A DNA stretch of 64,000 nt from a virus (IMGVR_UViG_3300045988_166693:1-64000); one strand, 5' to 3'. Positions 45,057 through 53,630 are shown, numbered from the stretch's first letter. Program-made: numbers and translations. The notes: generated by a model from the letters alone, not told the origin.

Positions 45057-45186
45057 GGGCCGGAATGTATGTTTCATTTTTATTATGTCACGTTTAATTT
45101 TAGTCAACAATATGGCTTTTTGTTACTAAAATAAGCACTATTTTGAATTAGTTTATAAATAATTTTCGGGTTGAAATGCGAAACCA

Positions 45187-45194
45187 TACTTTTG
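45187..45194 (+). promoter_or_regulatory. Bacteroides-type -7 box TACTTTTG for the lipoprotein moron
   Basis: Exact TAnnTTTG, 22 nt upstream of the ATG at 45216. Confidence 0.5.
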
Positions 45195-45215
45195 CATGAA
45201 ACCAAAACATTATTT

Positions 45216-46106
45216 ATGAAAAAATCATTTACATTACTTTTGTTATTGAGTCTCTTCACATGGGGATGTTCCAACTCAGACGATCCCACAGAAAAACCGG
45301 AACAGGAAGAAACAGGAGACGGAGAAAAAGAGGAAAATTCTGTTGATATCAGTAAAGATTTATGCGATGGGAAAAGATTTATAGACCGGACATATAAAGA
45401 TTTCAGTTCTCCGGAACTCGGAGTCTATAAAGCTGTAATGACACAACGAGAATATCTTTTTGGAGAAGAAGGGAACGGAACATTAACAACCTATGTTGCA
45501 GACAATAAATATATAGGTTATTCGCAAGATGTTACCGATTTTACCTGGAGTGCAACAGATAAAAATCCAGTCTCTTTGAAAATTTTTCTTTCAGACGGAG
45601 AGAAAATTATACTAAACGATGTTGAAATTAAAGACAATGAGCTATATTCCTCTGAACACATTTGGGATAAAGAATTATGTGTAAAATCCGCATGGTCTTC
45701 GAGTGATATTTCATCATACTCAATTGATATGTCTACAACAGACACAACTTATCCAGAACCACCATACATGATTTGTCTTAAAGTGTCACCATCTCGCCTT
45801 ACCGTTAAGACAGAAGGCGGTGAAGTTACGTTTATTTCATTACAATCCGGATACAACCCGACACTGATTGGGATGCAGTGTTTCAGCAAGGATAATGGAC
45901 CACTACAATATTATGGAAGTTATATTTATGCCTGTGTAGATACGAAAAATCCATATTACCCATATAGTTTCTTTGATATAATTGCGGAAAAAGAACAGAA
46001 GCCATTTGAAGAAGATGGGAAAATGTATTTTTATCTAGGGAAATTTAATAAAGATACACATGAGTTCAGTTTGATAGAAAGTAATAAAGACTATAATGTA
46101 AATTGA
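45216..46106 (+). CDS. Lipoprotein, likely surface-exposed (moron)
   Basis: MKKSFTLLLLLSLFTWGC followed by SNSDDPTEKPEQEE. Acidic residues just after the lipid-modified Cys resemble the Bacteroidetes lipoprotein export signal. AT-rich, and on the opposite strand to the surrounding tail genes. Confidence 0.7.
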   Translation: MKKSFTLLLLLSLFTWGCSNSDDPTEKPEQEETGDGEKEENSVDISKDLCDGKRFIDRTYKDFSSPELGVYKAVMTQREYLFGEEGNGTLTTYVADNKYIGYSQDVTDFTWSATDKNPVSLKIFLSDGEKIILNDVEIKDNELYSSEHIWDKELCVKSAWSSSDISSYSIDMSTTDTTYPEPPYMICLKVSPSRLTVKTEGGEVTFISLQSGYNPTLIGMQCFSKDNGPLQYYGSYIYACVDTKNPYYPYSFFDIIAEKEQKPFEEDGKMYFYLGKFNKDTHEFSLIESNKDYNVN

Positions 46107-46111
46107 TGCAC

Positions 46112-46603
46112 ATGAAAAAATTATTTGTTATATCCGTACTTATAAGCTTATTCTCCTGTCTGAATGCACAGGTAGCTTTTTCTAAATTCACATTTAAAAA
46201 AGACTCTCCGTTCGGATGCTGCCCGGGAAGAAAAATGACAGATACCAAATTTAAGGTAACCGGCGAAAAGGATATCAAGTATATACGGGTTCATTATTAT
46301 GGAGTCAACCAGGTTGGAGATGCAGTATCCAGCGACATCGTTGGCGGTGTAAATGCAAATGTAAAGCACACCAAATATTATATACTGGATCTAACAGGAC
46401 CTTTTGTAAGCGGTAAAAGTTATTCCCGGTGGGCCAGCGGAACATTTATATATCCCATGAAAGTAACAGCCTTCCCTTATCTTATCAAGATCATATACAT
46501 GGATGGAGAAGAACAGGAAATACAAATAACAGAAGAAAATCTGAAAACTTATTTCCCGGGGATCAAAAAATGGATTAATGTAAATTTGAAAGACGGATTC
46601 TAA
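46112..46603 (+). CDS. Secreted protein or lipoprotein (moron)
   Basis: MKKLFVISVLISLFSCLNAQ signal peptide. Start/stop region overlaps the upstream lipoprotein gene. Confidence 0.65.
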   Translation: MKKLFVISVLISLFSCLNAQVAFSKFTFKKDSPFGCCPGRKMTDTKFKVTGEKDIKYIRVHYYGVNQVGDAVSSDIVGGVNANVKHTKYYILDLTGPFVSGKSYSRWASGTFIYPMKVTAFPYLIKIIYMDGEEQEIQITEENLKTYFPGIKKWINVNLKDGF

Positions 46604-46629
46604 TCTACTTACTACTCTATATATAAACA

Positions 46630-46672
46630 ATGCAGCCGTGGAAGAAACGACAAAACCACGACTGCATTTTCA
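46630..46672. terminator. Bidirectional stem-loop between convergent genes
   Basis: 12-bp stem ATGCAGCCGTGG/CCACGACTGCAT (one position is C.A on the plus strand and G.U on the minus strand), followed by TTTT on the plus strand. Confidence 0.5.
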
Positions 46673-46818
46673 TTATGTGGAAAGACAAGCTACATTATCT
46701 TTTTCTCATTAAGATATCGCCCACCACATTTGCCAGCACATTCGATCCGAATCCTCTGATGCCGTCCAGTTCGGAAACCATCCGGATCAGCAGATCCAGC
46801 TTCTCTTCTATGCGGCTG

Positions 46819-47367
46819 TTACATGACGGAAGTCTCTCCGTACATGCGTTTCTTGAAGTAATGGCGTACATGAAAGTTCATGTCCTTATCCTTCAGGTAG
46901 GCCACTGCCTTTCGGTAGCAGGACAACGCCATGCGTTCGTTGGGCACCTCGGCAGGAGTCTTGTAACCCATGTCTTCGGCGATGCTGTATGCCATATCGC
47001 TGTAGATCATGTTCGCCGTTACGCACAGGGCGTATGAATTGTAATAGGGCTTTTCCTCGGGGATTCCTCCCAGCTGCTTGACAGCTGAAACAAATGTGTC
47101 GTGTCCCCAGTGAAATCCTTTTACTCCGTCTTCGTTGATCATCGTTTTACCGATGTTAACGGCTTCTGTTTCAGACAAAAAATTATTCCAGCACATAGCT
47201 TCGAGGTGGCTCAGCCAGCTCATTGCCATTTCCGGGTGCATTTTGGCCATTTCCTTGAAATAATAGGTAGCAGCTTCGCCGAATATTTTCATATTCTTGA
47301 CGTCCTTGCTCTCCTTCATTTTATCGTATAGCTCCTCGTAACGGGCTATCAGTTGTTCTCTGTCCAT
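46819..47367 (-). CDS. Hypothetical protein; tail assembly chaperone candidate by position only
   Basis: 182-aa ORF between the putative tail tube gene and the tape measure gene (with the moron in between). Confidence 0.4.
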   Translation of the reverse strand: MDREQLIARYEELYDKMKESKDVKNMKIFGEAATYYFKEMAKMHPEMAMSWLSHLEAMCWNNFLSETEAVNIGKTMINEDGVKGFHWGHDTFVSAVKQLGGIPEEKPYYNSYALCVTANMIYSDMAYSIAEDMGYKTPAEVPNERMALSCYRKAVAYLKDKDMNFHVRHYFKKRMYGETSVM

Positions 47368-47396
47368 ATTTCAATGTTTTTATTGGTTATTGTTCC

Positions 47397-47427
47397 TTCA
47401 AAACTCCCCGCCCTCGCGGGCAGGGAG
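47397..47427 (-). terminator. GC-rich stem-loop terminator after 47517..47933
   Basis: Minus-strand RNA CUCCCUGCCC-GCGA-GGGCGGGGAG (10 bp, one G.U), followed by UUUUG. Confidence 0.55.
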
Positions 47428-47516
47428 CAACTCAAACTTTCCTTTTCCTACGCTTTTTTACGGGTTCGGCGGCAGGCTCAAGGCTCAAAGCGCTGAATGA
47501 GGCTGCCTGAACTTCG

Positions 47517-47933
47517 TCAGGCGGGAAAGGTAGCAGTAATCGTAACCGGGACTGCAATCAGTGCGCCGCAGGCAGAGCAACCGCATCCGTTTTCGTTGTA
47601 GGGGAATACTTGCGGAACAAGTGGAGTGACTACCACGCTGGTCGGTGCTGTGTTGGCTGCTCCGATGAAAGTTACCGGAAACTGTTCGGTCCACTGGATA
47701 GTCTTTGCCGCACATCCGTTTTTCGGAGTGTAGGTCAGAGTTACAGCTGCGTTGATAAGCGCAATGTTCTGCGTGTTGTTGTTTGTCACGCTGGCTACAC
47801 TGAATACGACGGTAGCAGTGGGCTGAACGCCGTTGTTCACGCAATAAGCCTGACGCAGTTTCTTAGTGATGTTTACCGTCAGTGGCAGGACGGTAGCTGT
47901 CGGAACTCCCGACAAAGTAATTGACTGAATCAT
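47517..47933 (-). CDS. Small beta-rich structural protein; tail tube candidate by position
   Basis: 138 aa, T/V-rich. Has a CA-rich leader and its own terminator, which suggests high expression. Confidence 0.4.
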   Translation of the reverse strand: MIQSITLSGVPTATVLPLTVNITKKLRQAYCVNNGVQPTATVVFSVASVTNNNTQNIALINAAVTLTYTPKNGCAAKTIQWTEQFPVTFIGAANTAPTSVVVTPLVPQVFPYNENGCGCSACGALIAVPVTITATFPA

Positions 47934-47994
47934 AGTTGTGTTGTGTTTGTGTTATATATCTTTTACAGGACACCAGGCCGCCTGTATTCGGCAC

Positions 47995-48492
47995 TTATTT
48001 CTCTTCTTTTTCTCGTGTTTCATTCTTTGGTGCAGGCTGCGGTTGTGGGTGCGACGGCTGTGCGGGCTGCTGCGGAACCTTCACCACATATTCCTCGGGT
48101 TTCTGATACGGAAGGTTGCAGTCCAGATATTTCTTCAGTTCCACCAGGTCATTGCGGTCGAAGGTGAAAAATCCGTCGATTATGGATAGCTTTCCCTGCT
48201 GGATGGCAGAGTCAACATATCCGTGAGCCAGTTCCGGGATCATGTCGTCCGGAATGCGGGACACAAATTTTTCGAGGAACGGGCGGATCAGCTTTGTGCC
48301 GCCTACGGCTGCCAGCGAATTGATTTCATTGGAAATCTGCCATCCGGGGCCTGCGAGTCCGATTGACTTGAATAACTTTTCTACCGGAAGCATGCCGGCG
48401 GAGATACCGTTGAGCGTATTGCCCATCATAACCGGAATGACCGGCTCACCCCATTTCAGGATGACAGCGGTCAGAATCTGTGCGTTTGTCAT
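47995..48492 (-). CDS. Hypothetical structural-module protein with a P/Q-rich tail
   Basis: 165-aa ORF with a CA-rich leader. Confidence 0.5.
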   Translation of the reverse strand: MTNAQILTAVILKWGEPVIPVMMGNTLNGISAGMLPVEKLFKSIGLAGPGWQISNEINSLAAVGGTKLIRPFLEKFVSRIPDDMIPELAHGYVDSAIQQGKLSIIDGFFTFDRNDLVELKKYLDCNLPYQKPEEYVVKVPQQPAQPSHPQPQPAPKNETREKEEK

Positions 48493-48582
48493 TGTGCTGC
48501 GTGTTTGAGTTGTTTGTGTAGAGTATGAAAATCATAAGGGAAAGGGGAAGGCCGATGCCCTCCCCCGGATTTCAGCAGTTGA

Positions 48583-49074
48583 TTACTGGGCAGACGGACA
48601 TCCGCAGCATCCATCCTGACATACGTTGCTTGACGGAATGTATGTCTTGGTGATAGCCTGCAATGCGGCGATGCTGTTCTGCATGCACTGCAGAGTAGCG
48701 GTGTTGGTACCGTTGTAAACGGCCTGTTGCATGTTGACAGCGGTCTGAGCGTCCTTGTTGGAGCGAACTTCCCCTGCAAGTTCCTTGATCTGACCCTGCA
48801 AGTCCTTGTAGGCTTCCACAATCTTCTGATCAGTGTACTTGTCAGCCTTCAGTAAAGCGTTTTCTGCTTTCAGAGAATCGTTTTCGCGAGCCATGCCAAG
48901 CTCATAACGGCTCACCGGCATGTTGTCTGAACATACGCCTTCTGCGTTCCATCCCCAGCCATTGCGACCCAGGATGTTACCACCGTTGATACCCAAAAAT
49001 GATGCAATACCTGCTGCTGCCATCCATTCAGTCAAGTTCGTTACTCTTGACCCGTCTGCGGAAGACTGCTGCAT
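48583..49074 (-). CDS. Hypothetical protein
   Basis: 163-aa ORF with a central coiled coil and a Cys-rich C-terminus (CQDGCCGCPSAQ). Confidence 0.5.
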   Translation of the reverse strand: MQQSSADGSRVTNLTEWMAAAGIASFLGINGGNILGRNGWGWNAEGVCSDNMPVSRYELGMARENDSLKAENALLKADKYTDQKIVEAYKDLQGQIKELAGEVRSNKDAQTAVNMQQAVYNGTNTATLQCMQNSIAALQAITKTYIPSSNVCQDGCCGCPSAQ

Positions 49075-49145
49075 ATTACTATGCAGATTTGACTATATCT
49101 TCATCCCTTTCGGGAGCCTCCCATTTCCACTCACTTGAGTGTACT

Positions 49146-49988
49146 CTACTTGCTTTCGCTTTCGATAGTCGATGAACCTTCAGTTTGATGCTGATTATAC
49201 CATTCCCATCTGTAACCTCGTGCCGACTTTATCTTTACACCATTTGAATTTACATATCCCTTACAGCATTTGGATATGTCGACAGAAGCCTTGATATTTC
49301 CGCAGACGCTTAATGCAGCTTCGTTAAGAGACTGATATACTGCTATTATACGGCCTGTGTTTTTATCTATCTGGGCAACAGGTTTTCCGAATTTTTCACG
49401 AAATATGTTTTTCACTTCTTCTGTGTGGTGACGGCCGTAGAAAGGATTCTTTTCTCCGGTGCGCTGTCTGGATAGAACCGCCAGCCTTTCTATAAGTTCG
49501 CGGGAAGGTTTCCATCCGTAATTAGGATTTTCCTCTCCGAACTTCTTTCTGGTGTTCATTTTCATTTTCTTTATGCTTTCAGGAGTATGTCCTTTACCCA
49601 AAAGCGGATGACCTTTTTCCCTTATCCACTCTTTTGTGTTTCTGGAAATAATCATTCTTGACTCTTCCGGCATAAAGAATCCCACATTGCCTGCACCACC
49701 TTCATTCATGTTGTAACCATTCCGGAATGAATCAAAGTATGCGATAAAATACCTCTCCTTCTCATTGAGAACACGTTCCATTTCTTTTTCGTCCTGGAAT
49801 GTGCCTCTGAAAAGAACTTCATACGAAAAGTTTTCCGGTCCGTACTTCAATCTAGCCATATCCATACGATGACCTCCATAAGACTGTGACAATCTTCCGA
49901 ACTCCATTCTTCTTCTGTGCTCGTTGGATGTCTGTCCTATATAAACCTTTCCACCTGGAGACGTGTATTTGTAAACAATTCCTTCCAT
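49146..49988 (-). CDS. GIY-YIG homing endonuclease with NUMOD3-like repeats
   Basis: GIVYKYTSPGGKVYIGQT (GIY...YIG), the catalytic Arg/Glu/Asn region (YNMNEGG), and three H/G-rich repeats (GKGHTPESIKKM, NPNYGWKPS, GEKNPFYGRHHTEE). AT-rich relative to its flanks. Confidence 0.8.
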   Translation of the reverse strand: MEGIVYKYTSPGGKVYIGQTSNEHRRRMEFGRLSQSYGGHRMDMARLKYGPENFSYEVLFRGTFQDEKEMERVLNEKERYFIAYFDSFRNGYNMNEGGAGNVGFFMPEESRMIISRNTKEWIREKGHPLLGKGHTPESIKKMKMNTRKKFGEENPNYGWKPSRELIERLAVLSRQRTGEKNPFYGRHHTEEVKNIFREKFGKPVAQIDKNTGRIIAVYQSLNEAALSVCGNIKASVDISKCCKGYVNSNGVKIKSARGYRWEWYNQHQTEGSSTIESESK

Positions 49989-50120
49989 TCAAACCGATAT
50001 GTATCTCATGCAAATATCGGAATTATAATCAACATTTCAAAGAGCTTGGCTGCTGATTGTCCTTAGCATTACCTATTAGGAGTTCCCAGCAATTAAAGAG
50101 GTTTTAAGTGAGCACAATTT

Positions 50121-50204
50121 TTAAGGTTTACCCACCGTGTTAAAATTACCTTGTCCCTGGCCGGTTACATTGTAACTCTGACCATCCATACCTTTGATTG
50201 TCAT
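50121..50204 (-). CDS. Possible 27-aa micro-ORF (MTIKGMDGQSYNVTGQGQGNFNTVGKP)
   Basis: Its ATG is preceded by the same CACAAACACAA-type leader seen upstream of the abundant late genes. Confidence 0.25.
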   Translation of the reverse strand: MTIKGMDGQSYNVTGQGQGNFNTVGKP

Positions 50205-50271
50205 ACTGTTTTGTGTTTGTGTTGTCGTGACAGGAACTATTTCCTGACACGACAAAGGTACACAAGGCCAG

Positions 50272-50577
50272 TCAGAGGGGGAAAGGTTTGTTTCCGAGCC
50301 ATTTCCGCATATTTTCGCATTGTATTCGCAACATTTTCTGCGTAGAGAGGCGGGCGTCAAAGTTCGTGAGGATATGTGTCACGGTACGCTCCCTGACACC
50401 TATTTTGGCAGCTATATAAGAAGGTGAGAAACCGGTCTCCGAGAGGAAATGCACAAGAAGGTAGCGTGCGTCGACCGTCTCCATGTCTTTGCGCCGCGAG
50501 AGAATCTGCGGGCACGAGATTTCTGTTTCCTCCGACACCTTGCGGAGGATATCATTAAATATGTCACTTTTACTCAT
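50272..50577 (-). CDS. Small HTH protein resembling DnaA domain IV
   Basis: 101 aa from the Met at 50577. ILSRRKDMETVDARYLLVHFLSETGFSPSYIAAKIGVRERTVTHIL fits the Bac_DnaA_C pattern. Confidence 0.5.
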   Translation of the reverse strand: MSKSDIFNDILRKVSEETEISCPQILSRRKDMETVDARYLLVHFLSETGFSPSYIAAKIGVRERTVTHILTNFDARLSTQKMLRIQCENMRKWLGNKPFPL

Positions 50578-50648
50578 CGTTTCTTTTATTTGGTTGGGAC
50601 TTGCGCCCCGTGTTTTTCGTATCTTCCTTTGCAGACAGCCTGCTGCCG

Positions 50649-51227
50649 TTACCATTGCAGCAGGTTGTAGTTGAGAGTCACCGCCACGACAGCGCCCATC
50701 TTTCCGTCCGGTCCGACGCCGTAACCGACACTCAGTCCGATGCCCCACCGCTTCCTTTTCGGAGCAGGAGGCGTCACAACGCCGGTCTGAGTCTGCCGGT
50801 AGAACTCGGCCGAAACCAGCCGGGGACGGTAGCCGGAAACCACGATCCGGTAGTCGTCGGTGCGGTATTCCTTTTCGGTGATGGGGATCAGTACGTCGGC
50901 ACTGTCCGCCGCGATGGAGTCCTTCCGGACAGGGAACCGGCCTGTCTCCAGCGTATCGGGCCGGGAGACGGCAGCCGAATCTTCCGCACCGGAAGCCGGT
51001 ACGGAAGGTTTCTGCGGCCGCAATACGGGCAGTCGTGCGGTGTCGGTACCCGCCGGACGTTCGGACACGGGCGGAGCAACAGCCGTGTCGCGCAGTGTGT
51101 CCACCCTGACGGGCAGCCACACCGTGTCTGCGGTTCCCGAACCTGGGTCAGCGCATCCCCGGAAGAAAAGCGAGAAGAGGAGCGCCGCCGTCAGAACGCC
51201 TGCCAGTATCCACGGAAGCTGCTTCAT
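50649..51227 (-). CDS. Lipoprotein or secreted protein downstream of the endolysin (spanin-like by position)
   Basis: MKQLPWILAGVLTAALLFSLFFRGC signal/lipobox. 4-nt overlap with the amidase gene. Pro/Arg-rich middle and beta-like C-terminus. Confidence 0.5.
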   Translation of the reverse strand: MKQLPWILAGVLTAALLFSLFFRGCADPGSGTADTVWLPVRVDTLRDTAVAPPVSERPAGTDTARLPVLRPQKPSVPASGAEDSAAVSRPDTLETGRFPVRKDSIAADSADVLIPITEKEYRTDDYRIVVSGYRPRLVSAEFYRQTQTGVVTPPAPKRKRWGIGLSVGYGVGPDGKMGAVVAVTLNYNLLQW

Positions 51228-51796
51228 ACGCCCAGGTATTTGCAGATACCGTCCACATGGATGGCGGTAATCTTCTGTTTGCCTTCTTCAGACAGCAGGA
51301 AGTCCACGTCTTCCCGGTTGTCCTGAAACAGGTTCTCCGTGAGCACGGCCGGGCATGCGGTGTGCCTGAGGATGTAGAAACCGCTTTCCTTGTCGCTGTC
51401 GCCGTCGGAAGTGTCCTTGCGGATCTTCATACCCTTGAGCACCTGCGAAGCCTGCTCATACAGGCACTCGGCCAGGGTGTCGGCCCTGGTCTGACCTACA
51501 CTGGTCCATGCTTCCCAGCCGCGTCCGGTCATCCACTGCGAGCCGTTTCCGGCTGCATTCAGGTGGATGGAAACCAGAATGCTGTCCTTCACGCGGTTGG
51601 CGCGTGCGCAACGCTCCTGCAGGGAGATGTCTTTCTCTTCGGGGACGAGCAGCTGTGCGTCCAGACCTTTGGCCTTGAGCGCACTGACCACTCTTGCGGC
51701 TATTTCTCGGGCGTAGGCATACTCCCTCACCCGTCCGTCGGGAGACCGCTTCCCGGCGGTATCCGATCCGTGCCCGTTGTCAATCCAGATTTTCAT
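51224..51796 (-). CDS. N-acetylmuramoyl-L-alanine amidase (Amidase_3) endolysin
   Basis: IWIDNGHGSDTAGK, VSIHLNA and LTENLFQDN match the zinc-amidase motifs. Confidence 0.85.
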   Translation of the reverse strand: MKIWIDNGHGSDTAGKRSPDGRVREYAYAREIAARVVSALKAKGLDAQLLVPEEKDISLQERCARANRVKDSILVSIHLNAAGNGSQWMTGRGWEAWTSVGQTRADTLAECLYEQASQVLKGMKIRKDTSDGDSDKESGFYILRHTACPAVLTENLFQDNREDVDFLLSEEGKQKITAIHVDGICKYLGV

Positions 51797-51862
51797 TTCG
51801 GGAAAAGTTTAGTGTCAGTTTAGTTTTTGTGTTGTGCTTGTTTCTTTGTGTTGTGGCTGTTC

Positions 51863-52438
51863 TTATGCAGAAGCCAGGACTCCGGCTTTTTCCAGCTCGT
51901 CAATAAGCTTGTTCAACACCGTGTGGGCATCAGCCTGTCCGGTTGCGTCAGTCACGTGAGCGCCCTGTTTCACCAGACCTGCCTTACCCGACGTAGCATT
52001 GGTGTAAGTCGTATCGGTCCAGTTTACCGTTACATAGGCTTTCCCGCTTCCGTCTACCTTTACAGCATAGTTCTTGCTGTTTTCGGAATAGCCGGTCTGG
52101 ATACCTCCCAGCGCAGAATCAGTGGCTTTCGGAAGCACATAGCTTTCACCACCGCCGCCACCGCCGGCTGCTGCGGAATCCTTGATGACCAATGCCTTGA
52201 CTTTTTTCACCTCTACATCGCTCAGCAGACGCACCTTCATGCCGGCAGGTACGTTGATTTCGATGACGGTATTGGTGAAATTCACCGTCTCCATCGTGAC
52301 AGGTTCCATGGTGTCAATAAACTGGGAGATTGTAAGTCTTCCGGATTTCACACCCTGAATCTGCACCATTGTACGTCCTTCGGAAGTATATTCGGCCATA
52401 TAGCCTTCTGCTCCCTTCTTAAAACTGATTTCGTCCAT
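51863..52438 (-). CDS. Fibre- or decoration-like protein
   Basis: 191 aa with an AAAGGGGGGE linker and a fibre-like C-terminus (SALGGIQTGY..., ATSGKAGLVKQGAHVTDATG). Confidence 0.45.
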   Translation of the reverse strand: MDEISFKKGAEGYMAEYTSEGRTMVQIQGVKSGRLTISQFIDTMEPVTMETVNFTNTVIEINVPAGMKVRLLSDVEVKKVKALVIKDSAAAGGGGGGESYVLPKATDSALGGIQTGYSENSKNYAVKVDGSGKAYVTVNWTDTTYTNATSGKAGLVKQGAHVTDATGQADAHTVLNKLIDELEKAGVLASA

Positions 52439-52467
52439 TGTTTGTGTTGTGTTTATGGTTTGTAACT

Positions 52468-53100
52468 TTATTTATACGGATTCTCCCGGTACTCCGGAAG
52501 AATGAACTGTATGTTCACCGCCGCTTCATGCAGCACCTTGTGTACCTGCTCCTCGCTCACCTCCATTTCGTCGGTAAATTCGGTGAAGATGTTTCCTACC
52601 CAGTCGGACGCGCTGTTGAGTCTCTTGATGGCTACGGCCTTGCATCCGTTTGTGACGAAAAGCGATTTCGCCATCTTGTCCTTCACCTGCGTGTCGATGT
52701 CGGTGAAGCAGAGATACAGGTTCTCCGCCAGTCCCTGACTGAACACCGCCATCTCGCTCATGGGCAGACGCTGTACATTGTCCTTCATGCCCGAAACCCC
52801 CTTGCGCTTTACCTCGAAATAGATGGAAAGAAAGGCTGCGTTCCCCAACGGGTGTGGCTGCACGATGTAAACCCTGTCGGCTTTTGTTTCGTAGAGCACT
52901 TTCCACAACTCGCCGAACACCTTTGCCGTGTTCTCGCTCCGTTTGAATCCCAACCGTTCGGTCTCCTGTTTGTATCGCTCCAGCTTGAGATCATTCATTT
53001 TGTCGCGAAACTTCCGGTTCCTTTTGTCAATCCAGTTGAGAACAAAGGTTATGATAGAAAGTGCACCTGCAAAAATAGCCGCTACCATTTCTGCACCCAT
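52468..53100 (-). CDS. Membrane-anchored hypothetical protein
   Basis: 210 aa with an N-terminal TM helix (VAAIFAGALSIITFVLNWI). Confidence 0.5.
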   Translation of the reverse strand: MGAEMVAAIFAGALSIITFVLNWIDKRNRKFRDKMNDLKLERYKQETERLGFKRSENTAKVFGELWKVLYETKADRVYIVQPHPLGNAAFLSIYFEVKRKGVSGMKDNVQRLPMSEMAVFSQGLAENLYLCFTDIDTQVKDKMAKSLFVTNGCKAVAIKRLNSASDWVGNIFTEFTDEMEVSEEQVHKVLHEAAVNIQFILPEYRENPYK

Positions 53101-53118
53101 TCCGTCTGCTCCTTTCTG

Positions 53119-53520
53119 TTATTCCTTCTTAGGTAGTGTCTGATCTTTTTTAAAAAGTTCCCCGATGGCTTTCACCAGATTATAGAACCCGCATCCGGAC
53201 AGTCCGGCAGCCACTCCGTAGATCAGCGCACCCCACCACGCATAAACCGACAGCAGCGGAGACACCTGAAGCGCCCATGCCACCATGCAGACTACAATAC
53301 CCACGGCACACGACATACCGATCTTTGCCAGACGGTTGCCGGCCACGGCAGGGATCAGCTTCGCGATCTGCGTCACGATGGCCGAAATAAGTGCTACGAT
53401 ACCGGTAAACGTACCCAGGTCGATTGCGAAATCACCTCCGGCGGTTTCAGTTCCGGAAACTTCCTGTGCGAAGAGTGCACAGGGCATCAGCATTGCAAAG
53501 AGTAAAATCATCTTTTTCAT
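53119..53520 (-). CDS. Multi-pass membrane protein, holin candidate
   Basis: 133 aa. Signal-like N-terminus plus three hydrophobic helices and a charged C-terminus (KKDQTLPKKE). Preceded by promoter copy 5. Confidence 0.5.
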   Translation of the reverse strand: MKKMILLFAMLMPCALFAQEVSGTETAGGDFAIDLGTFTGIVALISAIVTQIAKLIPAVAGNRLAKIGMSCAVGIVVCMVAWALQVSPLLSVYAWWGALIYGVAAGLSGCGFYNLVKAIGELFKKDQTLPKKE

Positions 53521-53563
53521 TTTGTCGTCTTTTTTTAGTTAAACATCTGTTTTTCTTGCAATA

Positions 53564-53606
53564 CAAAGTTAGGAATTGGGCATTTCAGAATGAAGGACAA
53601 AAAAAA
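53564..53606 (-). promoter_or_regulatory. Conserved phage promoter copy 5 (T8-GTCCTTCA-N19-TAACTTTG)
   Basis: GTCCTTCA at 53591-53598, TAACTTTG at 53564-53571 (minus strand), with a 19 nt spacer. Confidence 0.65.
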
Positions 53607-53630
53607 TAGCCCGATCTCACGACCAGGCTA
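53599..53630 (-). terminator. rho-independent terminator after 53661..53894, fused to promoter copy 5
   Basis: Minus-strand RNA UAGCCUGGUC-GUGA-GAUCGGGCUA (10 bp, two G.U), followed by U8. Confidence 0.75.

Noticed and set aside
50578-51120. Upstream 181 codons of the 282-aa ORF 50272..51120
   Set aside because: This part is an Arg/Gly-rich nonsense-like sequence overlapping the signal-peptide-bearing 50649..51227 frame. Only the last 101 codons (from the Met at 50577) look like a real protein.
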